From positions 1-41,569 of IMG/VR virus record IMGVR_UViG_3300015050_000800: a stretch of 41,569 nt of DNA, one strand, 5' to 3'. Source of the stretch: a virus. Its lineage: Duplodnaviria; Caudoviricetes. A program made the position numbers and the translations under genes. Positions 1 to 9,079 of this stretch are shown here, in pieces. The notes below the pieces were generated by a model, which saw only the letters and a list, made by a program, of their open reading frames with translations, had not been told where the DNA came from and ran no database searches. The number at the start of each line of letters is the position of its first letter. Within the stretch, counting starts at the first letter, position 1.

Positions 1-123
1 AGGAACAGGATTACGACGCCAAGCGATCAAGCGTATGGCGCAACATGCTGGTTGAGGGCACTGGCGGCATTGGCGTATCTGTCACCGAGGCAATCGACTA
101 CAACGGCCAGCCCGGCATTGAAA
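1..123. repeat. Terminal direct repeat, copy 1 (circularisation/assembly overlap)
   Basis: 1-123 is identical to 41447-41569, and the portal reading frame is continuous across the join. Confidence 0.95.
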
Positions 124-1673
124 TCAAGATCAGCCGGTATTCGTGGGATCGGCTGTTCTACGATCCGCACTCGTCCGAACTGGATTTCGGGGATGCTGGC
201 TATCGCGGCGTTGTGATCTGGATGGATTACGACGATGCGCTGGCGATGTACCGGGATAATCCGGATGCTGCCGACATCCTCGATACGACGCTGACTACGG
301 CTCCAAGCGATACCTACGACGACAAGCCGAAGCACTCGCTATGGGCGGACAAGAAGCGCAAGCGCGTTCGCATTTGCCAGATTTGGGTGAAGCGGGACGA
401 GAAGTGGTACTTCGCGGAATATACCAAGGGCGGCATTCTCAAGAGCGGCCCGTCACCGTTCGTCACTGACAAGGGCGAGCCTGACTGCGAATTGATCTTC
501 CAGTCGGCGTATATCGACCGCGACAATAACCGCTACGGCCTCGTCCGCGAGATGATTACCTTGCAGGACGAGATCAACAAGCGCCGGTCCAAGTCGCTGC
601 ATCTGCTCTCGTCCAACCAGACGCTGTTCGAGAAGGGCGCGATCAAGGACGTTGAGAAGTTCCGGCGTGAGAAGGCGCGTCCTGACGGCACAATGGAGGT
701 TGCTCCTGGTGCCTTGCGCGACGGTGCGGTTGAGACAATCGATGGCACGCAGCTTGCGACTGCTCACTTCCAGCTTTTGCAGGAATCCAAGAACGCCATT
801 GACCTCAAAGGTCCGAACGCCACTGAAATGGGCGATAAGACTGGTGGTTCAAATGCCGCGTCCGGTCGCGCCATTGTCGCCAGCCAACAGGGTGGCATGA
901 TCCAGATTGGCGACCTGATGGACAATCTGCGCCATTTGGACCGCCGCGTGTTTCGCGCAATGTGGAACCGCATCCGGCAATACTGGACGGCGGAGAAGTG
1001 GATTCGCGTCACTGACGACGAGAACAGCGTTAAGTGGGTTGGCATGAACGTCGATCCGCAGCAGGCGCAAATGCTCATGCAGCAGAACCCAGAAGCGGCG
1101 CAGAAGATCAAGGGTATCGTCGGCAGCGTTGCTGAACTGGATTGCGACATCATCATTGATGAAGCGCCGGATAGCCTGACGCCTCAGCTTGAGCAGTTCC
1201 AGTCGCTCGTTGAGCTAAAGAAGTTCGATACCGAGGGCGAGATCCCGTTCAAGTCGATTGTACGGGCCGCTCCGAACCTCAAGGGCAAGCAGGCCATCTT
1301 GAATGAGATGGAGCAGAGGGCCGCCCAGAAGCAGCAGGCGAGCCAGCCAGCGCAGCAATTGCAGCAGCGTGGCGCTGAGGCAGAGGTGGCCGAGACTGAG
1401 TCCAAGGCCATGCTCAACGTCGCCAAGGCGCGCAAGGAGGGCATGCCGGAGCAGGGCGCACCACAACAGCAGCAGGCCTATCAGCCGCCGCCGCAGTTGC
1501 AGGACGCCAAATTGGTTGCCGAGATCGAAAAACTTCTGTCCGACGCGCGCAAGAACGATGCGACGACGGAGAAAACACAGACCGAGGCCATGCTTGCACC
1601 CATGCAGGCCGCGCACAGCGCGCGAATGGATCGGGACAATTTCAAGCTGTCAGCGCGAAAGCCAGCAGCTTAA
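1..1673 (+). CDS. Portal protein (P22-like), 3' part; the full gene starts at TTG 41101 and wraps through the junction (about 672 aa)
   Basis: Follows TerL and precedes scaffold/capsid; GLVREMITLQDEINKRRSK motif and Q-rich helical C-terminal barrel typical of P22-type portals. Confidence 0.9.
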   Translation, partial: EQDYDAKRSSVWRNMLVEGTGGIGVSVTEAIDYNGQPGIEIKISRYSWDRLFYDPHSSELDFGDAGYRGVVIWMDYDDALAMYRDNPDAADILDTTLTTAPSDTYDDKPKHSLWADKKRKRVRICQIWVKRDEKWYFAEYTKGGILKSGPSPFVTDKGEPDCELIFQSAYIDRDNNRYGLVREMITLQDEINKRRSKSLHLLSSNQTLFEKGAIKDVEKFRREKARPDGTMEVAPGALRDGAVETIDGTQLATAHFQLLQESKNAIDLKGPNATEMGDKTGGSNAASGRAIVASQQGGMIQIGDLMDNLRHLDRRVFRAMWNRIRQYWTAEKWIRVTDDENSVKWVGMNVDPQQAQMLMQQNPEAAQKIKGIVGSVAELDCDIIIDEAPDSLTPQLEQFQSLVELKKFDTEGEIPFKSIVRAAPNLKGKQAILNEMEQRAAQKQQASQPAQQLQQRGAEAEVAETESKAMLNVAKARKEGMPEQGAPQQQQAYQPPPQLQDAKLVAEIEKLLSDARKNDATTEKTQTEAMLAPMQAAHSARMDRDNFKLSARKPAA

Positions 1674-1681
1674 CGAACACC

Positions 1682-1766
1682 GCCGCCGGGTTACGGGCGT
1701 TTGAGAGCATGTCTCACACAACATGCGGTGCCGCCGATCATCGGGCGTATGTGACTAATCACACAA
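1682..1766 (+). promoter_or_regulatory. Tandem duplicated structured leader motif upstream of the scaffold gene
   Basis: Two copies 48 nt apart of GCCGCCG-N5-CGGGCGT, each followed by a hairpin (TGAGA/TCTCA, then TGTGA/TCACA). Confidence 0.65.
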
Positions 1767-1777
1767 ACTAGGATGCC

Positions 1778-2608
1778 ATGACTGAATCTCTGGACAATAT
1801 CCTGTCCGGGAGCGGCGAAGCCGTGACCGAGCAGAACACCGCCGTTGAGGAAAAAGTAGCGCAGGTTGCTGAAGGCGAAGGCCAACAGCGGCAGATCGAT
1901 CCAGACGAGGATCAGGCGACGGAAGTGAACGGCCAGAAAATGGTCCCTCACGCCGCTCTCCACGCCTCGAAGGAAAAGGTCAAGCGCTACACCGAGCAGG
2001 TAGCGAGCTTTGAGAAAACTCTCACTGAGCGCGATCAGGCTTGGGAGCGCCGCTTTCAGACCATGCTGGAAAAGCTGGGTCCGAAGCCGGAGCCTCAACA
2101 GAAACCTGACTGGTTCGAGAACCCGGAAGGCGCGACGCGGCACGAAGTGCAGCAGACCGTCAACCCGCAACTCGATCAGATCACGCAAACGCTTATGGCG
2201 AATGCGCAGATTGTCGCCGGTATCAAGTACGGCGATGACAAGGTGGCGGAAGCCGAGCAAGCGTTCCTCGACGCCGTAAAAAGCAACAGGCTCGATCCAG
2301 CAGACTTTCAGAAGGTGACAGGCAGTCCGAACCGTTACGCGGCGGCTGTCCAATGGCATCAGCGCCAGATCGCTCAATCAGAAATCGGAGACGACCCGGC
2401 AGCCTTCAAGGCCAAGGTTGAAGCCGAACTGCGCGAGAAGATCACGGCAGAACTTCAACAGGGCGAAGGCCAGCAGGCGCAACAGCGTCAGGCCACGATG
2501 CCCTCCAACTTCGCAAATGCCCGCAACGTGGGCAATCGCGGCACCGGCCCTGCGTGGTCCGGACCGTCAACAATCGACGACATCTTCAATCGCCAACGCT
2601 CGGGCTAA
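1778..2608 (+). CDS. Capsid scaffolding protein
   Basis: Between portal and capsid; acidic and helical, with a C-terminal IDDIF-type motif. Confidence 0.8.
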   Translation: MTESLDNILSGSGEAVTEQNTAVEEKVAQVAEGEGQQRQIDPDEDQATEVNGQKMVPHAALHASKEKVKRYTEQVASFEKTLTERDQAWERRFQTMLEKLGPKPEPQQKPDWFENPEGATRHEVQQTVNPQLDQITQTLMANAQIVAGIKYGDDKVAEAEQAFLDAVKSNRLDPADFQKVTGSPNRYAAAVQWHQRQIAQSEIGDDPAAFKAKVEAELREKITAELQQGEGQQAQQRQATMPSNFANARNVGNRGTGPAWSGPSTIDDIFNRQRSG

Positions 2609-2652
2609 GCCCGGCGCGATTGCTGGTGTCTGTCCTGAAGGGATAAGCACAA

Positions 2653-3783
2653 ATGGCTGACACTCGTGTTGCCAGTGGTCTCACTGTCGAACAGTGGGAC
2701 GACAAGTACTTCACCGAATACCTGACCGAAAACCGCTATGCCGGTGAAATGGGTACGAATGAAAATTCGATTATCCAGGTCAAAGAAAACCTCGCCAAGA
2801 AGCCGGGCGACCGGATCAACTTCGCTCTCGTTAACAAGCTGTCGCAGGATGCCGTCACTGGCCGCGATGTCCTTGAAGGCAACGAAGAAGACATGGCCTC
2901 GCGCTCCTTCGAGGTTGCCGTCAACAAGCGTCGTAACGGCGTCCGCGTCGCGGAAATCGATGAGCAGTTCTCGGCGATTGGCCTCCGCGATGCTGCCAAG
3001 TCGGTCCTCAAGGATTGGTCGCTCAAGGACACCGAGCGTCTCATTTCTCGGGCGCTGGGCCGCATGAGCAATGGCACATCCTCGGTCGATATGAACGTTA
3101 CGGACATCACCGCTGACGGCGGCACTGTTGCCGACGTTTGGCTGGCCAACAACAGCGACCGCGTTTTCTTCGCCAACAGCGCTTATACGGCGTCTTCGGG
3201 CGATCTGTCTGCGGGCCTTGCTACTCTGACCAAGGGCACGGCGGCTGAACTGCTCACGACCGCCAACCTCGATACGATGAAGTTCATTGCGCTCAATCGT
3301 GCGAACCCGAAGATTCGCCCGATCCGCACTGAAGCCAACGGTCGCCACTACTTCATCGTGTACGCGCATCCGCTGGCCTTCCGCGATCTCCAGTCGAACG
3401 CGGCGATCCAGCAGGCCCAGCGCGAGGTCCGGCTGGAAATGGAGAACAACCGCCTGTTCAAGGGCGGCGATCTCCACTGGAACGGAATGATCATCAAGGA
3501 AGATTACGACCTTTATGAGTATTCCACCCTGACCGGCCTTGGCGACACGTCCACGGTTGCTCCTGTCTTCCTGTGCGGTGCGCAGGCGGTCGGTGCGGCC
3601 TATGCGAAGCGCTGGACTTCGAAGGAACAGACCTTCGATTACGGCGACAAGCGCGGCGTTGCCATCGAGTCGATCTATGGCATCGACAAGATGCGCTTCG
3701 GCACCTCTGCCGGAAGCGATACCGGCACCCCGAAGGACCACGGTGTTGTGACTGGCTTCTTCGCCAGCTCGACCGACGCATAA
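2653..3783 (+). CDS. Major capsid protein (N4-gp56/DUF4043-like)
   Basis: 376 aa; KKPGDRINF..LEGNEE and HPLAFRDL..LFKGG motifs; followed by decoration gene and terminator. Confidence 0.88.
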   Translation: MADTRVASGLTVEQWDDKYFTEYLTENRYAGEMGTNENSIIQVKENLAKKPGDRINFALVNKLSQDAVTGRDVLEGNEEDMASRSFEVAVNKRRNGVRVAEIDEQFSAIGLRDAAKSVLKDWSLKDTERLISRALGRMSNGTSSVDMNVTDITADGGTVADVWLANNSDRVFFANSAYTASSGDLSAGLATLTKGTAAELLTTANLDTMKFIALNRANPKIRPIRTEANGRHYFIVYAHPLAFRDLQSNAAIQQAQREVRLEMENNRLFKGGDLHWNGMIIKEDYDLYEYSTLTGLGDTSTVAPVFLCGAQAVGAAYAKRWTSKEQTFDYGDKRGVAIESIYGIDKMRFGTSAGSDTGTPKDHGVVTGFFASSTDA

Positions 3784-3795
3784 GGAGCCTGACAC

Positions 3796-4269
3796 ATGGC
3801 TATCGGAACTGTTACTTCCGCTCAGGTTGCCGCTGGCAAGCCTGTCGCGGGCCATGGCTTTGCGGGCAACCTCAAGGTCGCTTATGGCACGTATAACATC
3901 GGCTCTGCCGTTGCGCAGAACGACGTTATCCAGATGTGCCGCACCCCGAAGGGGGCCGTCATTCTCGACGTTGCCATCTTCGGTCAGGACATCGATACGG
4001 GCACGGAAGCGCTCGACTTCGATGCTGGCTACGCCGCGAACGGCGTGGACGCTGCTGACACCGATGCTTGGGGCGTGTTCGTTAACGTCACTGGCGACGG
4101 CATTGGCAACGACACCGCATCCGTCCGCCTGTTTGGAGCGGGTGTGCTGGCCTCTGGCGGCCCGAAGACTCTGGGGGCGGAAACCGTCCACCAGATCGTT
4201 TTCAACGCAGCGGCGAACGCGGGCGGCACTGGCCGTCTGAACATGCTGGTCTACTACATCATCCCGTAA
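3796..4269 (+). CDS. Capsid decoration/cement protein (putative)
   Basis: Small Gly/Ala-rich, beta-rich protein right after the capsid gene, with AAGGAG RBS. Confidence 0.6.
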   Translation: MAIGTVTSAQVAAGKPVAGHGFAGNLKVAYGTYNIGSAVAQNDVIQMCRTPKGAVILDVAIFGQDIDTGTEALDFDAGYAANGVDAADTDAWGVFVNVTGDGIGNDTASVRLFGAGVLASGGPKTLGAETVHQIVFNAAANAGGTGRLNMLVYYIIP

Positions 4270-4280
4270 GGGATCGCAGG

Positions 4281-4312
4281 GGCGGGGGCTTCGGCTCCCG
4301 CCTTTTTCTTTT
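4281..4312 (+). terminator. Rho-independent terminator after the head genes
   Basis: GGCGGGGGC-TTCG-GCTCCCGCC stem-loop followed by TTTTTCTTTT. Confidence 0.9.
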
Positions 4313-4323
4313 GAGGGCGATCA

Positions 4324-4665
4324 ATGTCTGACACCAAAACAGCCGAAGACCTGGTCTACGAAGTTGCGGCCATTCTCGGAAAAGCTGTCGCGGGTGAGGC
4401 GCTCGGTCAGCCCGAATACGACACGATTAACGGGAACATCGATCCGGTGTTGTCGGAGATCGAGGATATTGTCTACGTCGGTGACCGCGACGATATTCCG
4501 AATAAGTATTTCCAGACCATCGCTCGACTTGTTGCCGTTCATTCGGCGGCGAAGTTTAGCAATAGCACCGTGGATTTGCAGGAAGTCGTAAAGCACGAAA
4601 ACCGCCTGCGCTATCTTGCAGCAAGTGATCCTACGTTCCAAACTGAAAAGGCGGTCTATTACTAA
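4324..4665 (+). CDS. Head-tail adaptor (P22 gp4-like)
   Basis: 113 aa helical protein ending in YY, coupled to the next gene by TAATG; position. Confidence 0.65.
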   Translation: MSDTKTAEDLVYEVAAILGKAVAGEALGQPEYDTINGNIDPVLSEIEDIVYVGDRDDIPNKYFQTIARLVAVHSAAKFSNSTVDLQEVVKHENRLRYLAASDPTFQTEKAVYY

Positions 4666-6083
4666 TGACCGCCGTACCGTTCCCCCTTCTTTCAGCGCCG
4701 GGGAGAGAGCCACAAACCGCAGGCGGGAGGCTGATCAACTGCTTCCCCGAGAAGTTAAGCGGGACGGCTGGCAGCCAATACGTCTATTGGCGTGTGCCGG
4801 GGCTTAAGTCGTTCGGCACATCAGCGGATACCAACTATCGCGGCGCTCTCGTTGTTGGCAGCACTCTATACGCGGTCTTTGACGATACAGTTTACACGTT
4901 CGACCTGAACGGCGGCGCTGGCGCTGCCTTGACAGGAACGGTGCCTGGGACTGCCCCCGTCATCATGGCGCGGGACAATGCCTCGACGCCGCACATTGCC
5001 ATTGTTTCTCCCGGTGATGGCGTGGTGCAGATCGCAAGCGGCGCTGTGTCGTCTTGGCCCGACGCTGATGTGGGCCAGCCAAATGCTGTTGAGTTCATGC
5101 GAGGCGCGTTCTTCTTCACCTACGGCGACGGGAAGATTCGCAATTCCGGTATCAACTCGACGTCGATTAATACGCTTGACGTAGCGACAGCTGAAAGCAA
5201 GCCGGACACGCTCTATCGCCCGATCCAGTTGGGCAACGGCCAGATGCTTATGGTCGGGTCTTCATCCTCCGAGGTCTGGGGCGGGCAGTTCAACGATACG
5301 GGCTTCCTGCTAAACTACATTGCCACCATCCCACGCGGCATTGTCGGGCCTTACGCTATCACCGGATCGCAAGACGGTTGGGGCAAGGGCTTGTTTGCGA
5401 TTGGCGACGACCTGAAGGTGCATCGTCTCGATGGCTATGAGTTCACGCCGATCTCGCCTGTTGAGCTTGATACGCTTATCGAGGCGGAAGCGGATCGCAC
5501 TACGCTTAGTGTTTCGGTCTATGTGGCGCAGGGAAGGGGCTACGTCGTAGTTCAATCCCCAACGTGGTGTTGGGAGTTCGACACGGTTCTGCAAAGCTGG
5601 CATGAGCGCCAGAGCCACCTACTGACCTATTGGCGCGGGATGTTCCCGGTCAATGCGTTCGGCAAGTGGCTGTGTGGCGACCGTAGCTCCGGCAATCTTC
5701 TGGAAATCAGTTCGACAACGCATGATGAAACGGGCGACCCGCTGCGAATCCGGGTTGAAACCGGGCCGCTGGGCGGCTTCCCCAAGGTTCTGCGCATCAA
5801 CGCGATTGAGATGTATCTGACGAAAGGCGTCGGTATCGCAACCGGCACCGATCCAGTGCAGACCGATCCTGACATTGAGATTTCGATTTCCCGCGATGGC
5901 GGAACGTCGTGGAGCAACGGCAGGCCTATCAAGGTTGGCAGACAAGCCATGTCTGCGGGCCGCGTTCGGTCATCGTTATGGGGTCAAGCAGAAGTGCAGG
6001 GCGTTCGCTGGCGCTTCGATGAATCAAGCTCGGTGCCGTTCGGGTTTATGGGCGCTGACATGCAAGCAGACGCGCTGCGGTAA
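4665..6083 (+). CDS. Tail hub / packaged DNA stabilisation protein (P22 gp10-like)
   Basis: 472 aa beta-rich; RLINCFPE start and SRDGGTSWSN motif near the C-terminus. Confidence 0.8.
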   Translation: MTAVPFPLLSAPGREPQTAGGRLINCFPEKLSGTAGSQYVYWRVPGLKSFGTSADTNYRGALVVGSTLYAVFDDTVYTFDLNGGAGAALTGTVPGTAPVIMARDNASTPHIAIVSPGDGVVQIASGAVSSWPDADVGQPNAVEFMRGAFFFTYGDGKIRNSGINSTSINTLDVATAESKPDTLYRPIQLGNGQMLMVGSSSSEVWGGQFNDTGFLLNYIATIPRGIVGPYAITGSQDGWGKGLFAIGDDLKVHRLDGYEFTPISPVELDTLIEAEADRTTLSVSVYVAQGRGYVVVQSPTWCWEFDTVLQSWHERQSHLLTYWRGMFPVNAFGKWLCGDRSSGNLLEISSTTHDETGDPLRIRVETGPLGGFPKVLRINAIEMYLTKGVGIATGTDPVQTDPDIEISISRDGGTSWSNGRPIKVGRQAMSAGRVRSSLWGQAEVQGVRWRFDESSSVPFGFMGADMQADALR

Positions 6084-6565
6084 TGGCAGATCGCAAGGTT
6101 ACGATACCCGGTCAGAATGTTCCCATTCAGATCGGGACAAGCATCAACCCTGACTGGTACATGGTTCTCAAGTTTCTTGAGACACTTCAGCCTCTTTCAG
6201 ACGTTGATTTCGCGGCAATAGATGCTGCGATTGCGCTGAAGTCTAACATTCTGCGCTCAATCAACGATCAGACCGGAACGACGTATGATTTTGCCGTTGC
6301 TGATTCCGGCAAGTATGTCCGGCTCACGAACAGCAGCCCTATAACAGCAACCATTCAACCTTTCTCAACCATCGCGATTCCGTCGCGAGCGCAGATTGAT
6401 CTGATTCAGGGAGGCGCAGGCAAACTCACGATAGCCGCTGGCTCTGGCGTTACGATCAATTCGTTGGCGGGTTACAAATCTCTCGCCGGTCGATACGCGG
6501 GCGGAACTCTGGTCCACACCGACACCCTCAATACGTGGGATTTGGTCGGGAACCTGATCGCATGA
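6083..6565 (+). CDS. Tail needle/short fibre protein (putative)
   Basis: Position after the gp10-like gene; C-terminal QTGTTY..DSGK..WDLVG fibre-associated module. Confidence 0.5.
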   Translation: MADRKVTIPGQNVPIQIGTSINPDWYMVLKFLETLQPLSDVDFAAIDAAIALKSNILRSINDQTGTTYDFAVADSGKYVRLTNSSPITATIQPFSTIAIPSRAQIDLIQGGAGKLTIAAGSGVTINSLAGYKSLAGRYAGGTLVHTDTLNTWDLVGNLIA

Positions 6566-7278
6566 GCAGGTTTGGGTTGGGCTTCGTTTCTGGCGGCGGC
6601 ACTCCTGGAAACGACGCCTTCACGAAGATCCTGCTGCACTTCGACGGAGCGAACGGCGGGACGACTTACACGGATGTGAATGCTGGCGGTGCTGCAAAGA
6701 CATTTACGCCAACAAATCCCGCCCTTGTCGCACTTAGTTCCACTTCCCTAAAGTTTGGGCCGACTTCCTGTAAGTTTAGCGGATCAAATCTTACAACAGC
6801 GGACCATGCGGACTTTACGGTCGGTTCTCAGGACTGGTGTGTTGATCTTTGGTGGAATGCAAACGGCGTATCAGCCGGCGGCTTTCAGGGCATTTGCGGC
6901 CAAGTTGGTGCGGCTGGGTTCACTGATACATCGCTGGCCGTTTACAGAGACAATTCCGATAAAATCATTGCTTACGTCTGCATCGGAGGCTCGCCGTTTA
7001 CGATAACCGGAACGACAAGCATCAATACCTCTGCTTGGTTTCACATCGCTTTTGTTCGAACCGGAAATAGCATCAAACTTTTTATAAATGGAACGCAAGA
7101 GGGCGGCACGGTCGCAATAAGCGGGTCCATCAATAACTCAACGTCGCTATTCGGAGTGGGCTGCACAGGATCAGCCGGAACATCCTCTAACTACGGTTAT
7201 ATGGACGAGTTCCGATTCAGCGTTGGCGTTTCCCGCTGGACATCGAACTTCACGCCGCCTGCTTCGGCGTACACTTAA
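6562..7278 (+). CDS. LamG/concanavalin A-like lectin domain virion protein
   Basis: LLHFDG, WFHIAFVR..LFINGT and GYMDEFRFSVGVSRWTSNFTPP motifs; ATGA overlap at 6562. Confidence 0.8.
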   Translation: MSRFGLGFVSGGGTPGNDAFTKILLHFDGANGGTTYTDVNAGGAAKTFTPTNPALVALSSTSLKFGPTSCKFSGSNLTTADHADFTVGSQDWCVDLWWNANGVSAGGFQGICGQVGAAGFTDTSLAVYRDNSDKIIAYVCIGGSPFTITGTTSINTSAWFHIAFVRTGNSIKLFINGTQEGGTVAISGSINNSTSLFGVGCTGSAGTSSNYGYMDEFRFSVGVSRWTSNFTPPASAYT

Positions 7279-7289
7279 GGACATAGCAA

Positions 7290-8030
7290 ATGGGATTTCT
7301 CGACACCCTCTTTGGAGGTGGCGCGGAGCGCGAGGCTGCGGACAAAAACCGCGCATTGTATGCAGACTATCTCGCCAAGGGCACGTCTGCGCTCGACAGC
7401 GGGCTTGCAAGCTCCAAGGGAGCGCTTGACAACGCGGGTGGCATCTACAGCGGCTTGCAGAACAAGTATGGCGCTGGCACCGATCTTTACCTGAATGCTC
7501 TCGGCGTCAATGGTGCCGATGCTGCGAAGACCGCGCAATCGTCGTTCACAACCAATCCCGGCTATCAGGCGGGCATTGATGCTGGCCTTGATACGCTCAA
7601 TCGTCGCCGCGCTTCTGCCGGAATGCTCGACAGCGGCAACGCCGATCTGGACGCGCTGACGTTCGGCCAGAATGCGCAGAACCAGCAATACAACGGCTGG
7701 CTGGATCGACTCGGCGGGCTTGTCAGCCCCGAGGTTACGGCTGCGAGCGGCGCGGCAGGCAACCAGACTAATCTCGCTAATCTCTATCAGACAGACGCCA
7801 CGAACCGTATCGGCCTTCAGGGCAACTACACATCCGGCAACGTCGGCGCAAACAACTACCAAGCCGCTGGTGAGGCTGCTGGCGCGAAGAACCTGCTGGG
7901 CGGCGCATTGTCGCTTGCGACTCTCGGGACGAGTCTGGCGGGCGGAGGCGGGCTTGGAAGCCTGTTCAGCGGCGGTGGCAATCAATCATCCATGAACTAC
8001 GGCGGCCAGTCTTGGCCTATGTTCAAGTGA
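7290..8030 (+). CDS. DNA ejection/pilot protein (P22 gp7-like)
   Basis: Gly/Ala-rich; FTTNPGYQ and GMLDSGN motifs; first of three ejection-type genes. Confidence 0.65.
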   Translation: MGFLDTLFGGGAEREAADKNRALYADYLAKGTSALDSGLASSKGALDNAGGIYSGLQNKYGAGTDLYLNALGVNGADAAKTAQSSFTTNPGYQAGIDAGLDTLNRRRASAGMLDSGNADLDALTFGQNAQNQQYNGWLDRLGGLVSPEVTAASGAAGNQTNLANLYQTDATNRIGLQGNYTSGNVGANNYQAAGEAAGAKNLLGGALSLATLGTSLAGGGGLGSLFSGGGNQSSMNYGGQSWPMFK

Positions 8031-8041
8031 GGCTCGCATAG

Positions 8042-9079
8042 ATGGCGGTCGCTCCTCTGAATCTCCCCGGCTACGCAACGCCTCAATCGCTCGACTTCTC
8101 GTCGCTCGCGAATTTGGGGCAGGTTTATAAGACGGCTCAGAATGAGCGCGGGCTTAAGGATGCATTCGCGAATGGCGTCCCTACGGATGCTGCCGGACTT
8201 GCGCAACTCGGCGGTCAGGTTGGGGCGTACAACCCGCAACTCGGGCTATCCTTGGCACAACTCGGCATGACTGCGGGCCAGCGCCAGCAAGATCAGGAGC
8301 GGCAGGGCAGGCTGGATCAGCGCCAACTCTCTCGCGATGCAGTTGACGACAATTTCCGCAATCAGTCGCTTGCACTCCAGCGGGCCGCTGCGGCGCGGGC
8401 CAACGAAGACAAGCCGCTCATCAAGGAAGTGACGGACCCGAACACTGGCGCGACCAGCTTTGTTCGCATCAATCCGCGCACTGGCGATCTTACGCCGCTT
8501 GGCGCTCCACAGGCACCGTCGCAGCCGAATAACCCGTTCAGCTCTGGCGGCAAGTTCAACGGCGATCAAGGCAAGGCAGCGGGCTTTACCGATCGTATGT
8601 TGCAGTCAGAGGGAATTCTCTCCGGAATCAACGGCAAGGGCGGCGTACAGGGGCAGGGCGGGGATTTTGTGCAAACGGCAATATCCAACGTAGAGAAGTT
8701 GCCGTTAGGCGGAGGCCCGCTCGGCATGGCCGCCAATACATGGCTCAAATCAACTGATCGTCAGAAGTACGAGCAGGCGAAGCGCGATTTCGTAAACGCG
8801 CAGCTTCGTCGCGAATCTGGCGCTGCCATTTCGCCCGGCGAGTTCGAAAGCGCAGAAAAGCAATACTTTCCTGTAGTCGGTGACGCTCCGGAAGTCGTTG
8901 CGCAGAAGGCAGCCAACAGGCGCGCCGCCGTTGAAGCTATGGGTCGCGAAGGCGGGCCATCCTACAAGCCGAAATATACCTTCGATGAAGCGGGCAAGGT
9001 CACGCCATACGGCCAAAAGCAGAAGCAGCAGCAGACGCCCGGCGTCACCTCCAGCGGTGTGAAGTGGAGTGTCGAATAA
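8042..9079 (+). CDS. DNA ejection protein (gp20-like position)
   Basis: Q-rich; FVNAQLRRESGAAISPGEF motif; position. Confidence 0.55.
   Translation: MAVAPLNLPGYATPQSLDFSSLANLGQVYKTAQNERGLKDAFANGVPTDAAGLAQLGGQVGAYNPQLGLSLAQLGMTAGQRQQDQERQGRLDQRQLSRDAVDDNFRNQSLALQRAAAARANEDKPLIKEVTDPNTGATSFVRINPRTGDLTPLGAPQAPSQPNNPFSSGGKFNGDQGKAAGFTDRMLQSEGILSGINGKGGVQGQGGDFVQTAISNVEKLPLGGGPLGMAANTWLKSTDRQKYEQAKRDFVNAQLRRESGAAISPGEFESAEKQYFPVVGDAPEVVAQKAANRRAAVEAMGREGGPSYKPKYTFDEAGKVTPYGQKQKQQQTPGVTSSGVKWSVE

Noticed and set aside
1-123. Terminal repeat as a biological direct terminal repeat
   Set aside because: It falls in the middle of the portal gene, and its size fits an assembler overlap of a circular contig.
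2605-4191. 528-aa minus-strand ORF and other long antisense ORFs (e.g. 12050-12823, 31539-32204)
   Set aside because: These are shadows of GC-rich, codon-biased genes on the opposite strand, with no motifs.
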